Positions 1 to 12,730 of a DNA stretch of 47,434 bases are shown piece by piece. Origin of the DNA: Catajapyx aquilonaris (lineage: Eukaryota); contig KZ538787.1 in assembly GCA_000934665.2 (NCBI GenBank), positions 1 to 47,434 of the forward strand, given 5' to 3'. Made by a program: the position numbers and the translations under genes. A model generated the notes under the pieces. It was not told the DNA's origin and did no database searches. It saw only the letters and a list, made by a program, of their open reading frames with translations. Each line of letters opens with the position of its first letter. Position 1 is the first letter of the stretch.

Positions 1-369
1 CACACACTCCAAGATGGCCGCCAGCCTTGACAACGCCATAAACAGAGAGACGAAAAAAATCGAATGTTTGCGCCTCTTATGTAGTATATGCTCCCTGCCG
101 CAACCATAAATGAACACGTGTACAGGTAAACAAATAATTACGAAGGGACACGAATAATTTATTATTTACTGAGCTTGTGACTATTCATTTTTCCCTATGT
201 GAAGCCATGGAGAGAGTAGGTAAGCATCGGCAGAAGAAAAAAAAGTGATGCACTTTTCAGCAAGCTGTTTTATTCCTGTTGATTGCAAAGGGGAAGAAAT
301 GCGGTGATAAACGGCGTTGGGAAAAAAAGAAAAAGATATTCCGAGACGAGAGAGAGAGGGGGAAAAAAA

Positions 370-440
370 GTCGCTTCCCGCGGACTTGAACGGGGAGACT
401 TTGGAACATGAGGCGGATGCTCTACCAACTGAGTGCAGGT
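370..440 (-). pseudogene. tRNA-like sequence (pseudo-tRNA or isolated SINE head) followed by an oligo-T Pol III-type terminator
   Basis: Minus strand CCTGCACTCAGTTGGTAGAGCA (A-box/D-arm like) ... CTCATGT ... GTTCAAGTCC (B-box like) ... GACTTTTTTT. Acceptor and anticodon stems do not pair properly. Confidence 0.55.
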
Positions 441-814
441 TTGCCTTGCACCTATAGTCGCTTATATCTCAAAAATGCTTGGCTAGTGGCAATTTTTATT
501 TTCACCTATGAATTTCTGGCCTGCGGTTTACCCGAAGTGTCATTTTCGGGCCAATTGGCCGATACCCCTACAGACACTTCCCTTGTCAGAGTTGTTACAC
601 ATATTCACCACTGAGTGGATGGAAAACTGACGATGACATTCAAAATATTAATTTTTTATGTGAAAATTTACACATGTTTGTTACTAAAACTGATGGTACA
701 TTTGGATAGGGATATATTTCTGATGTTTGCAACTAAACTTGCTAGGGTATAAAGTCGTTATGTTATGAAAAAGTTAATTATTTCCCTCCCCTACTAGTAA
801 GTCAAATTTTTCAC

Positions 815-1248
815 CTTTGGGAGATTGTTCTCATATGTGATTTTCCTCCTTTCCAGCTCGCCCTCTCCCTCCTCTTCTTCTAGCCTTACTTCACCATTTT
901 CCTCTTCTTCCTCGCCTTCTCTACAATCCTCATCTTTATCTAGGTCCCCTTCAAGCTGTCTCAAGTCCTCCTTCTTCCATGAGCATAAGTCTAATGGATC
1001 TCGACTCAGCACTTCTTCCAAGGGACTGGTTGAAGAGGTACCTGCTACTGATGAATAGGGACAACATAAAGGGGTGGAGTTGCCTGTTGGTACTGAAATA
1101 GGTTGTTGAAGAAAGCTTCTCCGGAGGGATTCTGTGCTGGAAAAGCACTGGCCTAGGGTGCGAATCAGGGGAGAGTAGGAATCAGGGGGCTCGCATTCTT
1201 CCAATATAGCCCATAGCTTCTCCTCAGTCAGGTAAGGAATCTCTTTTT
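815..1248 (-). CDS. Ube3a: Ube3a/E6AP HECT E3 ubiquitin ligase, internal coding exon (gene continues off the left edge)
   Basis: Acceptor ttcacctgcag|AA, phase 1 matches the previous exon. Reads EKEIPYLTEEKLWAILEECEPPDSYSPLIRTLGQCFSSTESLRRSF, matching the E6AP segment YLTEEKV..DYSPLIRVIGRVFSS. Likely donor AAG|GTGAAA at 815/814. Confidence 0.88.
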
Positions 1249-2647
1249 CTGCAGGTGAAAAAAAGGAACAATTGGCAGTGCAAATACTGAGTAATCCTGC
1301 ACTGTTTTAAAATCACAAAATGGTAGCAAATATTGTGACTCATAAAATAAAATCTATTTTTGAGCACAAAGTATCAGTGCTACTGAAAGACAATTGTAAT
1401 TATCTGGATATAATCTTCATAAGCATGACACAGTACACCTTGTCAAGTAGAGCAGCAAAGCTCTGAATTAGTGCATATTTAAGCATAGACTCATAATGGA
1501 ACGGTATGAATGGTAAGATACAGAATTTCTGGATGAAATACATCCTTTTGATAGCTGTTATATACAGGGTGAAGGGAAACTCGCGGACAATCGCCAGGTA
1601 GACTGATAGTACTTGCAAAACTAATATAGAGATGTGAAATTCGTTTTGGGCGCCGTTGCGTAGTTAATGCATACGGCGACTTTAAAGTGTAGAGGGCCGG
1701 ATGGTGAAATATGAGGTAAAAATGACAAAGTGCACGGGTGTCGTACCCGGATTCTTACCCTGACGGGATTTGATCACCTATTGCACATGGCCGATGAGTT
1801 TAGGGGACCAAGGCCGTATTGTTCGGAGGCCATCGAACTGGCTTTTGCTTCTTTGAAGTACCCACATTTGGACAAGTATGCATGTGTCTGGATTTTGTAA
1901 GCTTTATTGAACTGTATTGTAATGTATCCATATAATTAAAACGAGATTACATGGCAATTGGTTAACATGGCAACCGTTGCAAGAATCCTTGATTGTTGTT
2001 GATAGTGACTAAATTGCAACCCCTTCTTTCACGATCTGTTTCCGTGGCAATGCAATCAACAACAATCAATCATTGATGATATAAAGCTATTGATATTGCT
2101 GAATGTCACTGTTGCCATGGTAGTGTAATCAACAACTATTATAGTCATACTAGGTTACATTTTCCTAGCATCCCATAATTATAGGGAAAGGCAATTTTTT
2201 TTTTCGCAAACAAGCATTCAGAAAAATGCTTTATCTCGATTTCTGTGTTTTGGGATCTAATATGAACTAATAGAAACAAAAAAAGTTCACAAATTCAACC
2301 AAAACTTTTCCCGGCATATCTGGGTTAACAGTTTCAGCCATTTTTATGCCCACAGGTAACTTACGCTCTGGATACACCATAATGCAAAGGCTAGGAAAAT
2401 TGAAGTGGAGTAGAAAACTATACACATCATAACCAGCCAAGAGCAATCATCAATTTCATTAATAGCTTCTACACATAAAAGGCTCACATTCTGTCATATG
2501 TGAGACTGGCATTTAAATTCTTATGTCTGTGAGGCCCCAGGTAACACAATGTCTTTTGAAAATATTTAAGAAGCAACCTAAATCATCAGGGTGTGCGTCA
2601 CCTATACCCTTCTCCATGTCTAATCGGTTAAATATCTCAATACTCAC

Positions 2648-2894
2648 CTCCAACAACAGGTGTTTCCACGGGCTCAGTTTCCATTCGGGTACAACCCTCT
2701 TGCCCCTCATGGTTATGACCATTTTCAGGTTCCCCTGAGCCTCTTCTTCCCTGTCCCTTCCCCTTTCCCCCTCTTTTATCCTCCCTCCCAGCAGTCTTGG
2801 GGATTTTAGATGGATGAGGCTCACAGAGCTGAGCCTTTCTGGTGAACAAGTGAAGAGCCTGGGCGGCAGCTTGATTTGGGGTAAGCTCTTTCAC
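2648..2894 (-). CDS. Ube3a: Ube3a coding exon (end of AZUL domain and linker)
   Basis: Acceptor ttttctgcag|GTG, donor G|GTGAGT, 247 nt. VKELTPNQAAAQALHLFTRKAQLCEPHPSK resembles E6AP [24 protein letters not shown]. Confidence 0.92.
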
Positions 2895-3712
2895 CTGCAG
2901 AAAAAGGAACATATCATAATTGTCTGTTACCTAGAGCAACTTGAACTGCACCATTAAAATATAGCGTGCTCCACTTAAGGGGGGACTAGTCAAAATCAAG
3001 GGTTTTGTAAAAAAATCGCCCAAAAAAACAAAAAAAACATTAAAGCTTCATTTTCATGAATGTACACTAAGTCAGAGACCTATTAGCGCCTGTAATCGAA
3101 TCATCTTCGTGTGTCGAAGGGTCTCCAGGGCCGCGTGACGTCACGCCACTGTAACCACAATTTAGGGCGCTGGGGTCAACCTACAACCGTAAGATTAGAC
3201 CTTAGGCTTCCTTGAGCATGTAGTTTGCGTTTGACCCAGGATTATAATTTTTGAAATCGTTTTAGTATTTTTTTGACGATACCTACCAAATTAAGCAGTT
3301 TTGAGAAAACATTTAATTCAAGTAAAAGCAGAAGTAATTCGAGCAGGCTAATTCTTTTGGTCCGAACGATAGCGCCATGTTTGAGGATAAATCCGGTGAA
3401 GTGGGAAGTCCGTAGCTAAATTTTTGTGGCCTGGGCGATAGGTTACAGTGTCCAAATCCGGCAAACTGAGAAAATCGTGTTTAAAGTTAAAAGTAGGGTA
3501 ACGTAACAGAGCGATAATGCGATTTAAAAAACCGTAAGTGTCACACATACGCGCTGTTGACAGCAGGACTGGCTGGGCTGGGATGTTGCCAGGCATTGCC
3601 ATACCGTCATCCCCGCCTGGCAACGTCCCAGGGAGTTTATGCAGTTCCATTGTTTGGTGAAAATGTGGGGGATGTCAACATGGCAACCCCTGGCAACGCA
3701 CAGCAGACAGTA

Positions 3713-4007
3713 ATAATAATAATAATAATTCATACCCCGTTATCAGCCTATCGGCTCTTTAGGGGGGAAGTTTTTTTGTTTTGCCTGGAACTCTTTGCTT
3801 TCATTTTACTGCGCTTTTTGGGATAGGATAGGAACGGAAGGAAGCGGCTGTGGCCTATTAATTACGGAAGCAACTCCGGAATTTTCCTGGAAGGACCGTG
3901 GGAAACCACAGAAAACCACGGTCAGAGTTGCCGGCCCCGGGATTCGAACCCAGGACCTTCCGATTAGCAGTCGGACACAATATCCCCTACTCCAAACTGC
4001 TTCGGTC
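3713..4007 (-). mobile_element. tRNA-derived SINE, family A
   Basis: Head with TCCGA-CTGCTAA-TCGGA anticodon-like arm and GGTTCGAATCC B box; (AAT)n tail; TSD CACAGCAGACAGTA at 3699-3712 and 4007-4020; second copy at 13273. Confidence 0.9.
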
Positions 4008-4613
4008 ACAGCAGACAGTACCGATATGGTAGTGTTTGAATTTCGCTGCCGGATGTGACGTCATGATTTGGCCCAAACTTTGGAGGCCTCATAAGCCCTA
4101 ACCAAGCCTCGCAGAGCAATAGGACCTTCACTTCCATATACTGGTTTTTCACAATAAATCTTGCTACCTGAAGCTTGTGTGCCATTTACCGACCATGCTG
4201 TGCCTGTGTTTATATGTATATATGAGAGATTATTATTAAGTAAGACAATCTTTTTTTGAGCCCCAACTAATAACAATATTATGTAATATAGGTGACAGCA
4301 AGGGGCAAATAATTGGCTATCTTTCAACATACAAATGGTCTGCTGATGTATTTGTCCCATTGTGATAGAAGGTTCAAGATGCCACATTAATATAAATCCA
4401 TTATTTGCCTATACAACCATTGGCGCACTGCACGTTTGACTTCAGCATCACAAGCAAAGTGTTGACCCACAAAAAAAATTTCAAGGGGCCAAAGAGATGA
4501 AAGTCACTCGGTGAAGGGTCAGGACTGTAAGGCGGGTGTGCGAGGACCTCCCATCCAAATTTAACAATAAGCTTCCTTACAGTATCATCATCATCATCAT
4601 TATACTACTACTA

Positions 4614-5599
4614 CAGTGAAATCCTGATAACTCGAATACAGATAAATCGAAATTCTTGATAAGTCGAAGAAAATCTTGGACTTGGCGGATTCTCCATATA
4701 CGGTATGTAATACAAATTGAATTCTGATAAACTTGAATTTGCATAACTCAATTTTTTTATCATTATTATTATTTTTTAAAGATATACCCCGTGCTAGAAC
4801 CATGGGCTCTCTTAGGGGAGTGGAATACCACTATGTGCAGGGACAGGGTAGGGATAGGAGGGGGGGACACTGGTGCATGTGCAATGTCATCAAGTTGGGG
4901 GTCGTGTGCAGTACCTCAGGGGGCCCGTTCGCCAAGATGACCCCCCTAGATGCGAGTCAGAAACTCCCCACTGACCCGCACCTCCTCCAGGGCAGGGAAA
5001 GCAAGAGGCTGTGGCCTATTTTACGGTACGATCCCAGAAATTTTTCCTGGGGTGACCTTGGAAAACCACAGAAAACCAAGGTCAGGACCGCCGGCCTCCG
5101 GGACTCGAACCCAGGACCTCCCGATTAGCAGTCGGATACCATATCCACTCCACTACTACTGCTTCGGTGCATAACTCAATTTTCTGAATAAGTCGAATAT
5201 ATTTTGTGAACACAACAGCACTTTCACTATTAATAAGTCGAATTTTGTCAACACCGGGGAATTTCCAAGATGGGCAAACATGTGGTATGGAGATTTCCAC
5301 CCCAGCTGGTTAATTCTCGATAAGCCGCGAAGGAATGCACAAAGCCCTCTGAAAGCCAGGTGTTTCAACCTCCCTTTCCTGTAGGTAGTGACTCATGCAT
5401 TCCTTTGTGGTGGTGACATGCCTTTTGCCTCAGAGCAGTCACAGGCCCTAGTCTACAGTCGTCTAGCGGTCACTTCCAATCGTGTCCCAGTAGAGAGACG
5501 CATACTGTAGGTGTTTAATTTGTGCTGGTGCTGTTTTCCCCACCATATTCGATAAGTCGAATTTTTTTCTTGGTTCCATGGTGGTTCGGGATTTCACTG
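4614..5599. mobile_element. Tigger/pogo-like MITE hosting a SINE
   Basis: TA|CAGTGAAATCC ... GGATTTCACTG|TA termini; internal repeated GATAAGTCGAA motifs. Confidence 0.7.
4756..5167 (-). mobile_element. tRNA-derived SINE, family B
   Basis: Same head as family A with a longer body; TSD TGCATAACTCAATTTT; near-identical copy at 35704-36120. Confidence 0.9.
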
Positions 5600-5653
5600 T
5601 ACTACTCCTGCTACAACAATAACCATATTACATTTACTGACATATCTACCAAC

Positions 5654-5828
5654 CTTTCCACTTGATGCACAATTGTCATTGTGGCAGTGTGGGTTTCCAC
5701 ATCCATCAGTCAACTGGTAATAATACCGTTCTATGAGCTTCTTGGCTGCAGCTCGCTTCATACTCTCCCCCTCCACCACTCCCACTCCAACCTGATATTC
5801 CTGGCTTTTATCAGCTGATGTAGAAGAT
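5654..5828 (-). CDS. Ube3a: Ube3a exon encoding the AZUL zinc finger; conserved MKRAAAK ATG at 5761
   Basis: [36 protein letters not shown] is the AZUL (Cys4 zinc) N-terminus of E6AP. Acceptor ttctatatattcacag| at 5829/5828, donor AAG|GTTGGT at 5654/5653, phase 0 into the next exon. Confidence 0.93.
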
Positions 5829-6728
5829 CTGTGAATATATAGAAAAAATGACTTCATAAACCCTGTAACAATGAAACACTGCCTACAGCAGACCTCGCAT
5901 ACAGAAGCTTGACTACTGTGGAAAAATCTAGGGCCATGACAGAAAACTAGTGGGTCTCCTTGCATTTTTGTTGGATATAAGAGAACCTGCATTATGTGGA
6001 CACAGACAACATGTTTAGGCAATCATTAACCCTTTGATGGCAGAGTTTTAGCCGCGTTTATTTTCTTCTTTTTTGTCCAAAAATTCGATGCCAGGTAAAA
6101 CACCGGCTAATACCCCGATGTACATGGTCAGGAACCCAGGGAATCTAATTTCAAAATCCAACAATAACCCGCCCAAAAAGTAGACTTATGAGGATCGAGT
6201 GAACCCGGAAAACTAGAAGTGGCAGGTGACCAGAAGTTGACCATGACACCTGTTTTGGTCACTCTTAATCAAAATCTGAAAACCGTTTGCTGCTATCTGT
6301 TGCGGTTTAGGCCCTGATACCTGTCCACAGACGGACAGAGCCATTTGGTAAGACTTTTTTCGATGATGAAAAAAGTCTAAAATGAAAAACAAAAAACACC
6401 CCTGTACTTTTCCAGATGAAAACTTTTTTCTCACTCCTCTGCAATCACATCAGTCAGCTATTGCAGTCAAAAGCTATATAATTGGACTTGCTTTTGCATG
6501 CCATGGCTATGTTATGTTACAATTTAAATTATCAACTCTCTGAAATAATCAGCAAAATGCAGCATAAAGTGAAAAGGCGTAAAACAAGACAAAATTATAA
6601 TGGTAGTAAATGAGATAGGTTCCAAGATTTCCAAAATTTTCCTTCAGACAGTACTTACATTGCTGTTTTTAACCCTTTCGGCCCCAGCTATACTGCCATC
6701 GCCTAGATTTTCGATTCTGGTAAACTTA

Positions 6729-7545
6729 CATGGGTTGATTCATAAGTCATCGCACGTATTTTTAAATTTAAAAATGGTAACATATACAGAGATGACCTTT
6801 CAGAGGACAATTCAGAGCATTATGCTTAGGACTCTGGAAGACTGAAAGGTCTCAGGAAGTTGGCATCCTCACTGGTTCCTTGCCATCTCTTTGAGGTGCA
6901 AAAGTGCCGCCATTTTGTCCTCGCCTGGAACTCTATCGCATTGAGGACGATGGTTTTTTTTAACTGCTTGTGGCGATGGATGACACATGGTTCCTGGTGC
7001 TCTGACTTGTCCCACACTCGAAAGCAAGCTCCTGTATTGTCCATCACCCGAGTGTCCCGCATGCAGCGTCCAACAAGTGCGTCCGGCTTGGGTCGTCTTA
7101 GGGCCGACGCAAAAGGGGCAATTTGGAGGCAACTTAGGAGAAACCCGCCCACCCAGGATGGCACAGCGCATGCGCTCTCTTCAGGCAATGTGCGCGTGCA
7201 GATTTCCAGGAGACAAGAAATTCGGAGCCGATCTGGGCATGCTGGCGTGGGCTGGGTTGGGCCGCGACACTTGTACCCTCAACTGGGCAACATGAGTACT
7301 TGGATATGTGCGTGCAAGTTGCCTCCCTCCCACATTTCCCCATTTGCGCCGGCCCTTAGGGCGATGGTGCGGTGACGGGGTCACAATCCCCTTTGGTTTT
7401 CCGGCCCCCTTGCAATATAGGCGGAATCTATATGCCAGATAAAATTGTAATCGCCGGATCTTCAAAACTCAGGAAAGGTCATTTCTGTATGAGTTAACGC
7501 TTTTGAATTTAAAAATACATGCCATGACTTACGAATCAACCCTCG
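6729..7545. mobile_element. Mariner-like non-autonomous element
   Basis: About 70-bp imperfect inverted repeats (GGGTTGATTC...GACCTTTC) with TA flanks; right end reads CGAGGGTTG on the minus strand; GC-rich interior. Confidence 0.7.
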
Positions 7546-8957
7546 TACATGTACTGTGAAGATTTAAAAAAAGATATTTTACAAATAATAACACCGCGAC
7601 GTAATTTTGTCCAGACCTCGACGATATACAGGACAGTTTGAAATAGCATTATAAATTACTAATTCATGATTTTTCGGAACAAGTGCTACCAATTTTATCA
7701 AATACACACCCATTCAAATCTCCCACTTTCACCTAAGCTCGTGTGACCTTCAACCCCCCCCCCCCCNCCCCCTCCCCCTCCCGATGGCTTGGTCCCCGCT
7801 CTTTACAGCTGGTTCACCGTGTGCTTATGAAATGGGCTCCCCTCCGAAATTTTTTCTTCCTACACGCTTGTACAGGACATCATAAAGGGCGAAAATGTCT
7901 TAATATGCCCTTCTACCCTTGCTGCACATGTTTCTATTTTCAAAAATGAACCCTGTGGTACCATATAAAAAATAAAATCCATAACTTTACTTCAGTGGCC
8001 CAGGAAAGGTAAATACTGGACCTTGTCATAAACTAGTTGAATACCCCTGATATAGGCATTATTTTGTAAAGCTCCATGACATTGCGTGCTTAAGTTCCTT
8101 TTTTTGAAAAATATAGGTAGTGTCTGAGAGTATCCGCTGCTTTCGTATTGCCGAAAACCCTCGCAGAATCGTACAATGTCCGTACATGACTAAGTTTGTC
8201 CATAAGTTACCAGAACTATAGGCGATGAAACCAACCGTACAGTACCGCTCATAAAGAATGGTACGACTCTATGGACAAAATGTTTATTCTGTTCCCAACC
8301 CCTGGGTCACCAGCATGTTTTTAGGGGTCATGAGGAAGGCTGGGAAAAGGCAATTAAAATCAAAAAAGAGAAGAAAAAAACTAGGCAAAGTAAGAAAATT
8401 TAAGGGGGGAAATTCACCTCAAATCTATGTAAGTATTGTACCTGGTTGAACGTTTTGGTAATAAAAATTTCCGGAAAAAGTCGAGAGGGGGTCATATGGG
8501 TCGCCATAGATCTAGGACAAGTTGTCCATAGTGTCGCGATGAAATCAGGTTGGGAATAATGCTGGATAGTCAGAAGAAACACGTCGTCCATAGAATCATA
8601 CCATTCTTAATGAGCTTCACATGTACATCTGCTTCATATGAAAGAAATTTGGCACGAGGTGCATCGTTGGACAGCCTACTTCAACATAATTGGAGAACTC
8701 ATAGTTGCCAGTTACAATTCGCCGACTTGTCAGAATGCGTATTCCGATGCAGAACCTTCCATTCCGTCCGCGTCCGTACGTGACCATTCCATTTCGCATG
8801 TCCAACAATCGGTTAAATGATATTACACGTGTTCCAATGAGTTCTTTCAAAAGTTTTTGATGTTGTGCGCTGAAAGCAGTGCGTAGATCACATATCCATT
8901 TCATAACACTCGCTTCCTGAATATAGAAACACGGAAATAGCGTACGATTTGGTTGTA

Positions 8958-9168
8958 CCCCCACGAGCATAAAGATGGAGACAGCAGGCCCTTTTTTGAC
9001 ATTTCTTTATCCGACTCAAATTAATGAACTATTTTTGGACTGAGTTAGCTGCATCAGGCGTGTGTTCGTGTATTTATGACAGTATATTTGATACCGTAAT
9101 TGCTGAGATTGGCCGAGCAGCCTGCCGAAGGTGAGGGCCTGCCGTCTCCATCTTTATGCACGCGGGTG
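8958..9168. mobile_element. MITE with TA flanks
   Basis: GCATAAAGATGGAGACAGCAGGCCC / GGGCCTGCCGTCTCCATCTTTATGC inverted termini. Confidence 0.7.
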
Positions 9169-9189
9169 TACATACAACAGGAATTGCCC

Positions 9190-9352
9190 TATAGTCAACC
9201 TCTCACTTTTCATATTTCTACTGAGATGCCATCATGCAGCAATGGCCATCTGAGAATGTACTTCTGGAATCATTCTATTGTTGATACTATTTCCTCCTTT
9301 TGCTGTGTAATGGCATTTCAATAGAAATTTGAAATGTGAGAGGTTGACTATA
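9190..9352. mobile_element. Palindromic MITE
   Basis: TATAGTCAACCTCTCAC ... GTGAGAGGTTGACTATA; arms pair imperfectly over about 50 bp. Confidence 0.65.
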
Positions 9353-10049
9353 ATGGAATGATGGGGCCATTCCAGAAACTATCCATAGTCGGTATCCATA
9401 CAGTAAATTTTGCACTAAGGGCAGGTTTCATTGTATTTTGCTATAGTTTTATTTTTAACTAATGCACTTCTGGAGCCGCACATTTTACACATTTCCATAG
9501 AGATGAAAATATGAAAAGTGGGAGATTCCAGAAGTGTGGTCTAAACTGTACGTTGACTATAGCTACTGCAATGGTATTTGTTCCAAAATGAAGCCTCCAC
9601 CCAAAGTACTCATTGGAACACCCTGGAACCTCTCAAAACACCCACTCATACCCAAGTCATGCCCAAAATTTCCCTCACCATGCTCTCACATCTGAGACCC
9701 AGTACCCCATGTGTCATTGCCCTTTTCTGACCTTTCTTCTAACTAGGCCCAGTCATGCCACAAGCCCGAGCTTAGCTGTCCCATGCATCCTACATCCTCC
9801 CACTAGCAACCACACTCAAAATGTGCAGCTCCAGTCACGACCCATGTTCGAATGAACTACCTTGATTCCGCAGCTTGAGTCCCGCGTCGGCTGCCAGGCT
9901 CGGAACTGTCCTCGGAGTTCATAGAACGGGGCAGTTAAGCAAAGAACCGGGACAATAACTACCCAACTCAAAGCTGTGCCACCAGGCACCAAACGGGAAA
10001 AAAAACTGAAGGGTGATTGGCAAAAGTAAAAAAGAGACACGTTCCAAAC

Positions 10050-10790
10050 TGCAGTCACTTTAACGCCATATCTGCGGCCATTTTTTTTTCTCTTTCACTT
10101 GGCTTTTCTCTTCATCGAGTTTTTTTTTGTTTCGATTTTTTGGACTAATTGTGTTCATTAGGAATTCATACGACACTTCCGTGTGTTTTTAAGGTCTTAA
10201 AAGCCTTGTACTTACCATTGGTTGTTAAACACGATGGAATAAGAACGGCGCTTTGTCACAACCTGAGTTGCCAAATGAGGGGAGAGAAGTAGCGGATGGA
10301 AGTAGCAGTTGGTGATATGTAACGACTATAGCGCGATGTACAATATGCAGTCGGAAGGTACAATGCAATGCAGCACATTGCAAACGTAATGCTACGGCTA
10401 GTACGTTTTGGTAATTTGTATCCGCAAACTAACGAACTAATTTAGAAATTACGAATAAAATTATCCTTCACGTTCAGTGCATGTAAAAACATGTATGGTA
10501 GAGAGCTATTTCATGCCGTTATTTGCGAGTCTTATCCATAAACGGTTTGGGTTGGTAACGACTGCGCTATTTTCTCCCCACATTAAAGGAAAGATGACGG
10601 CGCCATTTTAAAACGCATGAAACGCGTCTCCCGCTTTTGTAAACACAAACTTGGCTGCTGACCATAACATACGACTTTTTTCCCCGCCCTCGTCTCTCGC
10701 TCCCCACCCTCCAAATCCGTATTTAGAGTCGCGTTGGGATGACGCCAACGTGACGAAAATGAAGGGGAAAGACCTTACGTTTTCATAACC
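10050..10790 (-). promoter_or_regulatory. Probable Ube3a promoter / first-exon region
   Basis: Locally CpG-rich with no recognisable TE structure. YY1-like GCCATTTT motifs at about 10077 and 10602. Consensus minus-strand donor ATG|GTAAGT at 10216/10215. Lies directly upstream of the Ube3a coding exons. Confidence 0.55.
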
Positions 10791-11278
10791 AATACATACT
10801 TGTCTATTGCAATAGTACTGCAGACAAACAGCAAATGAAGCAAGTCATGAATTTCATTGACTGGTCTACGATTTAATTAATTGGTCAGAAAGGGATATCA
10901 GATGTGGTGGTCTAGTGATTAGGAATATATTTTGCCCCAACAGAGGGTGGCCATAAACCAATATCATCACTTTTAAACTGAATAGTCTTAGGTGTAATTA
11001 ACCTAGGACCATTCACACATCAGCTTCTTTTTTTCCAGTCATGGATAAAACTAATTTTCCCATGCATAGCCTACGCCAGAGAATGAAAGGAGATTCATCG
11101 AAAAATATCTCTCGTCAGGAAATAGAAATGGATATTATATATATGCGAATGGAACTTATTATGCCTTTGAGTAACTTAATACCTTTTCAAATGGTTAGAC
11201 GTTAGAGAATAGTATTTACAAAATTGGTCTATGGAATGGGATACACCTGATGACAGCCAGGTTCGTCACCCCAAGTGC

Positions 11279-11446
11279 CAGTGACGTAGCCAGGATTCCA
11301 GTTCGGGGGGGGGGGGGGGGGGNNNNNNNNNNNNNNNNNNNNNNNNNNNNNNNNNNNNNNNNNNNNNNNNNNNNNNNNNNNNNNNNNNNNNNNNNNNNNN
11401 NNNNNNNNNGCCCCCCTCCCCCCCCCCCCCCCTGGCTACGTCCCTG
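11279..11446. mobile_element. hAT-like MITE spanning an assembly gap (N run about 11323-11409)
   Basis: CAGTGACGTAGCCAGG ... CCTGGCTACGTCCCTG termini; poly-G and poly-C next to the gap; AAGTGC repeated in both flanks. Confidence 0.65.
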
Positions 11447-12482
11447 AAAAGTGCATAGTTCGGAATGTGCCTGCTGATTTTCCAAATTGAATGAGATGTT
11501 CAGTATACCGGTATCAATATTGCAATTACTGGGTTGATCCTAATATCATCATCATCATCACCATCACGACATTTCCCTAAAAGGGGTAGTCAGCGATGAC
11601 GGGAGCCACAAGCTAACCCAAAAATAAGAAAAATATGAAAATATGTGGTGATCATGCAGTTTGAAATAAATTATAGTAGTCTTGCTGAGTAGTTGCACAC
11701 TTGGGAAGCTACATATACGTACACTTCTAACAAAACTGCAAGAAATTCCAGCTAAATCATAGATTTTTATTTTATTTTATTTTATTTTATTTACGTTACC
11801 CCTTGCGAGGGTAGAGCCCTTTTTGGGGGACAAAGTGAAATATATTATCTAATCAGGCAGGTTCCACACGGCAGTAGCTCTCTGAACTTGATAGGTCACA
11901 AACTGACTTCAGGTCAATGCTGGCGTAGTGGGTGAATTCTGGTGATGGTTTTGGGTACTTTTATTTGATGTCAGCCAAATTCCTCAATGTTAATGTGCAA
12001 CTAGCTGATCAATAGGTATTAATCAATTACTGAGTAGGCCATGTATACTCTAGCAACCAACTAGTGCTAAAACTGCCCGTGCATAGACCCCTTAATAGAT
12101 CAGATCTTACCACACGTGATAAGACTCATTCTCTTTCAGAGTTGACATGTGATTTGTTCCACAATGTGTAATATATTTTACTCCATGGGGGAGGCAGGGA
12201 ATTGAGGGAAAGGGGAAACAAATTTTCAGACTATTTCTACCTTCCAAGAAATAAGCCTACATTTTTCATCCATTCCCATGTGTTCTTGAAGATGTAACTT
12301 ATATAATTATGTTGATGTACAGTAAGGCATTAAGACTGAGTAAGAGTGCGTTCAATACGTCAATGGAAAGCTTAGCCATTATTCGTTTTCCATAGGATGA
12401 CTATAATTCTACATCTACATATCTATAAATGAAGATGTTTGTGAGTTTGTGAGTTTTAAAAAAATGGATAGGCCTACCCCTT

Positions 12483-12730
12483 GATACCCCGTGATAATTT
12501 GGGCTTTTCAGGGGACCATCTTTTAATTGACCGACTTTAATAATTGCCTTTGCTGTGATAGATTTTGATTGCGGGAGGAAACGGGAGAACCCCGAGAAAC
12601 CCCACGCAAACACAGAGAGGACCCATCGAAACTCGATCCACATAAGTATCCTATGTCCGATCCGGGGTTCGAACTCGGGACCTTAGAGGTGGAAGGCTGC
12701 TGCACTAACCACTCCGCCACCTTGTCGCCC
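12483..12730 (-). mobile_element. tRNA-derived SINE, family C (V/Meta-domain-like core)
   Basis: Head GGTGGCGGAGTGGTTAG...GAGTTCGAACCC; core GCGTGGGGTTTCTCGGGGTTCTCCCGTTTCCTCCC; further copies at about 14263, 30980 and 34425. Confidence 0.85.

Noticed and set aside
825..1058. Ser-rich plus-strand ORF, and similar antisense ORFs at 26013, 41637, 42035 and 46046
   Set aside because: Antisense shadows of true Ube3a and Iswi exons.
3935..4007. Apparent tRNA-Ser(GCT), also at 5095-5167, 13273-13345 and 36050-36120, and tRNA-Gly-like heads
   Set aside because: These are SINE heads: poor acceptor and D stems, continuous with SINE body, tail and TSDs.
4733..5128. 131-aa ORF repeated at 35706-36080
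   Set aside because: Antisense reading of SINE family B; the second copy is broken by a stop.
6645..6670. Minus-strand CAAT|GTAAGT donor as a possible extra Ube3a exon
   Set aside because: No matching acceptor or exon body could be identified; it abuts a TTAA|CCC element end.
6826..7465. Overlapping 100-171 aa ORFs in a GC-rich block
   Set aside because: They lie inside a TIR-bounded element, show no recognisable domain, and are open on both strands because of GC content.
11300..11432. Poly-G / poly-C runs suggesting a G-quadruplex
   Set aside because: They flank an N gap inside a MITE, so run lengths are unreliable.
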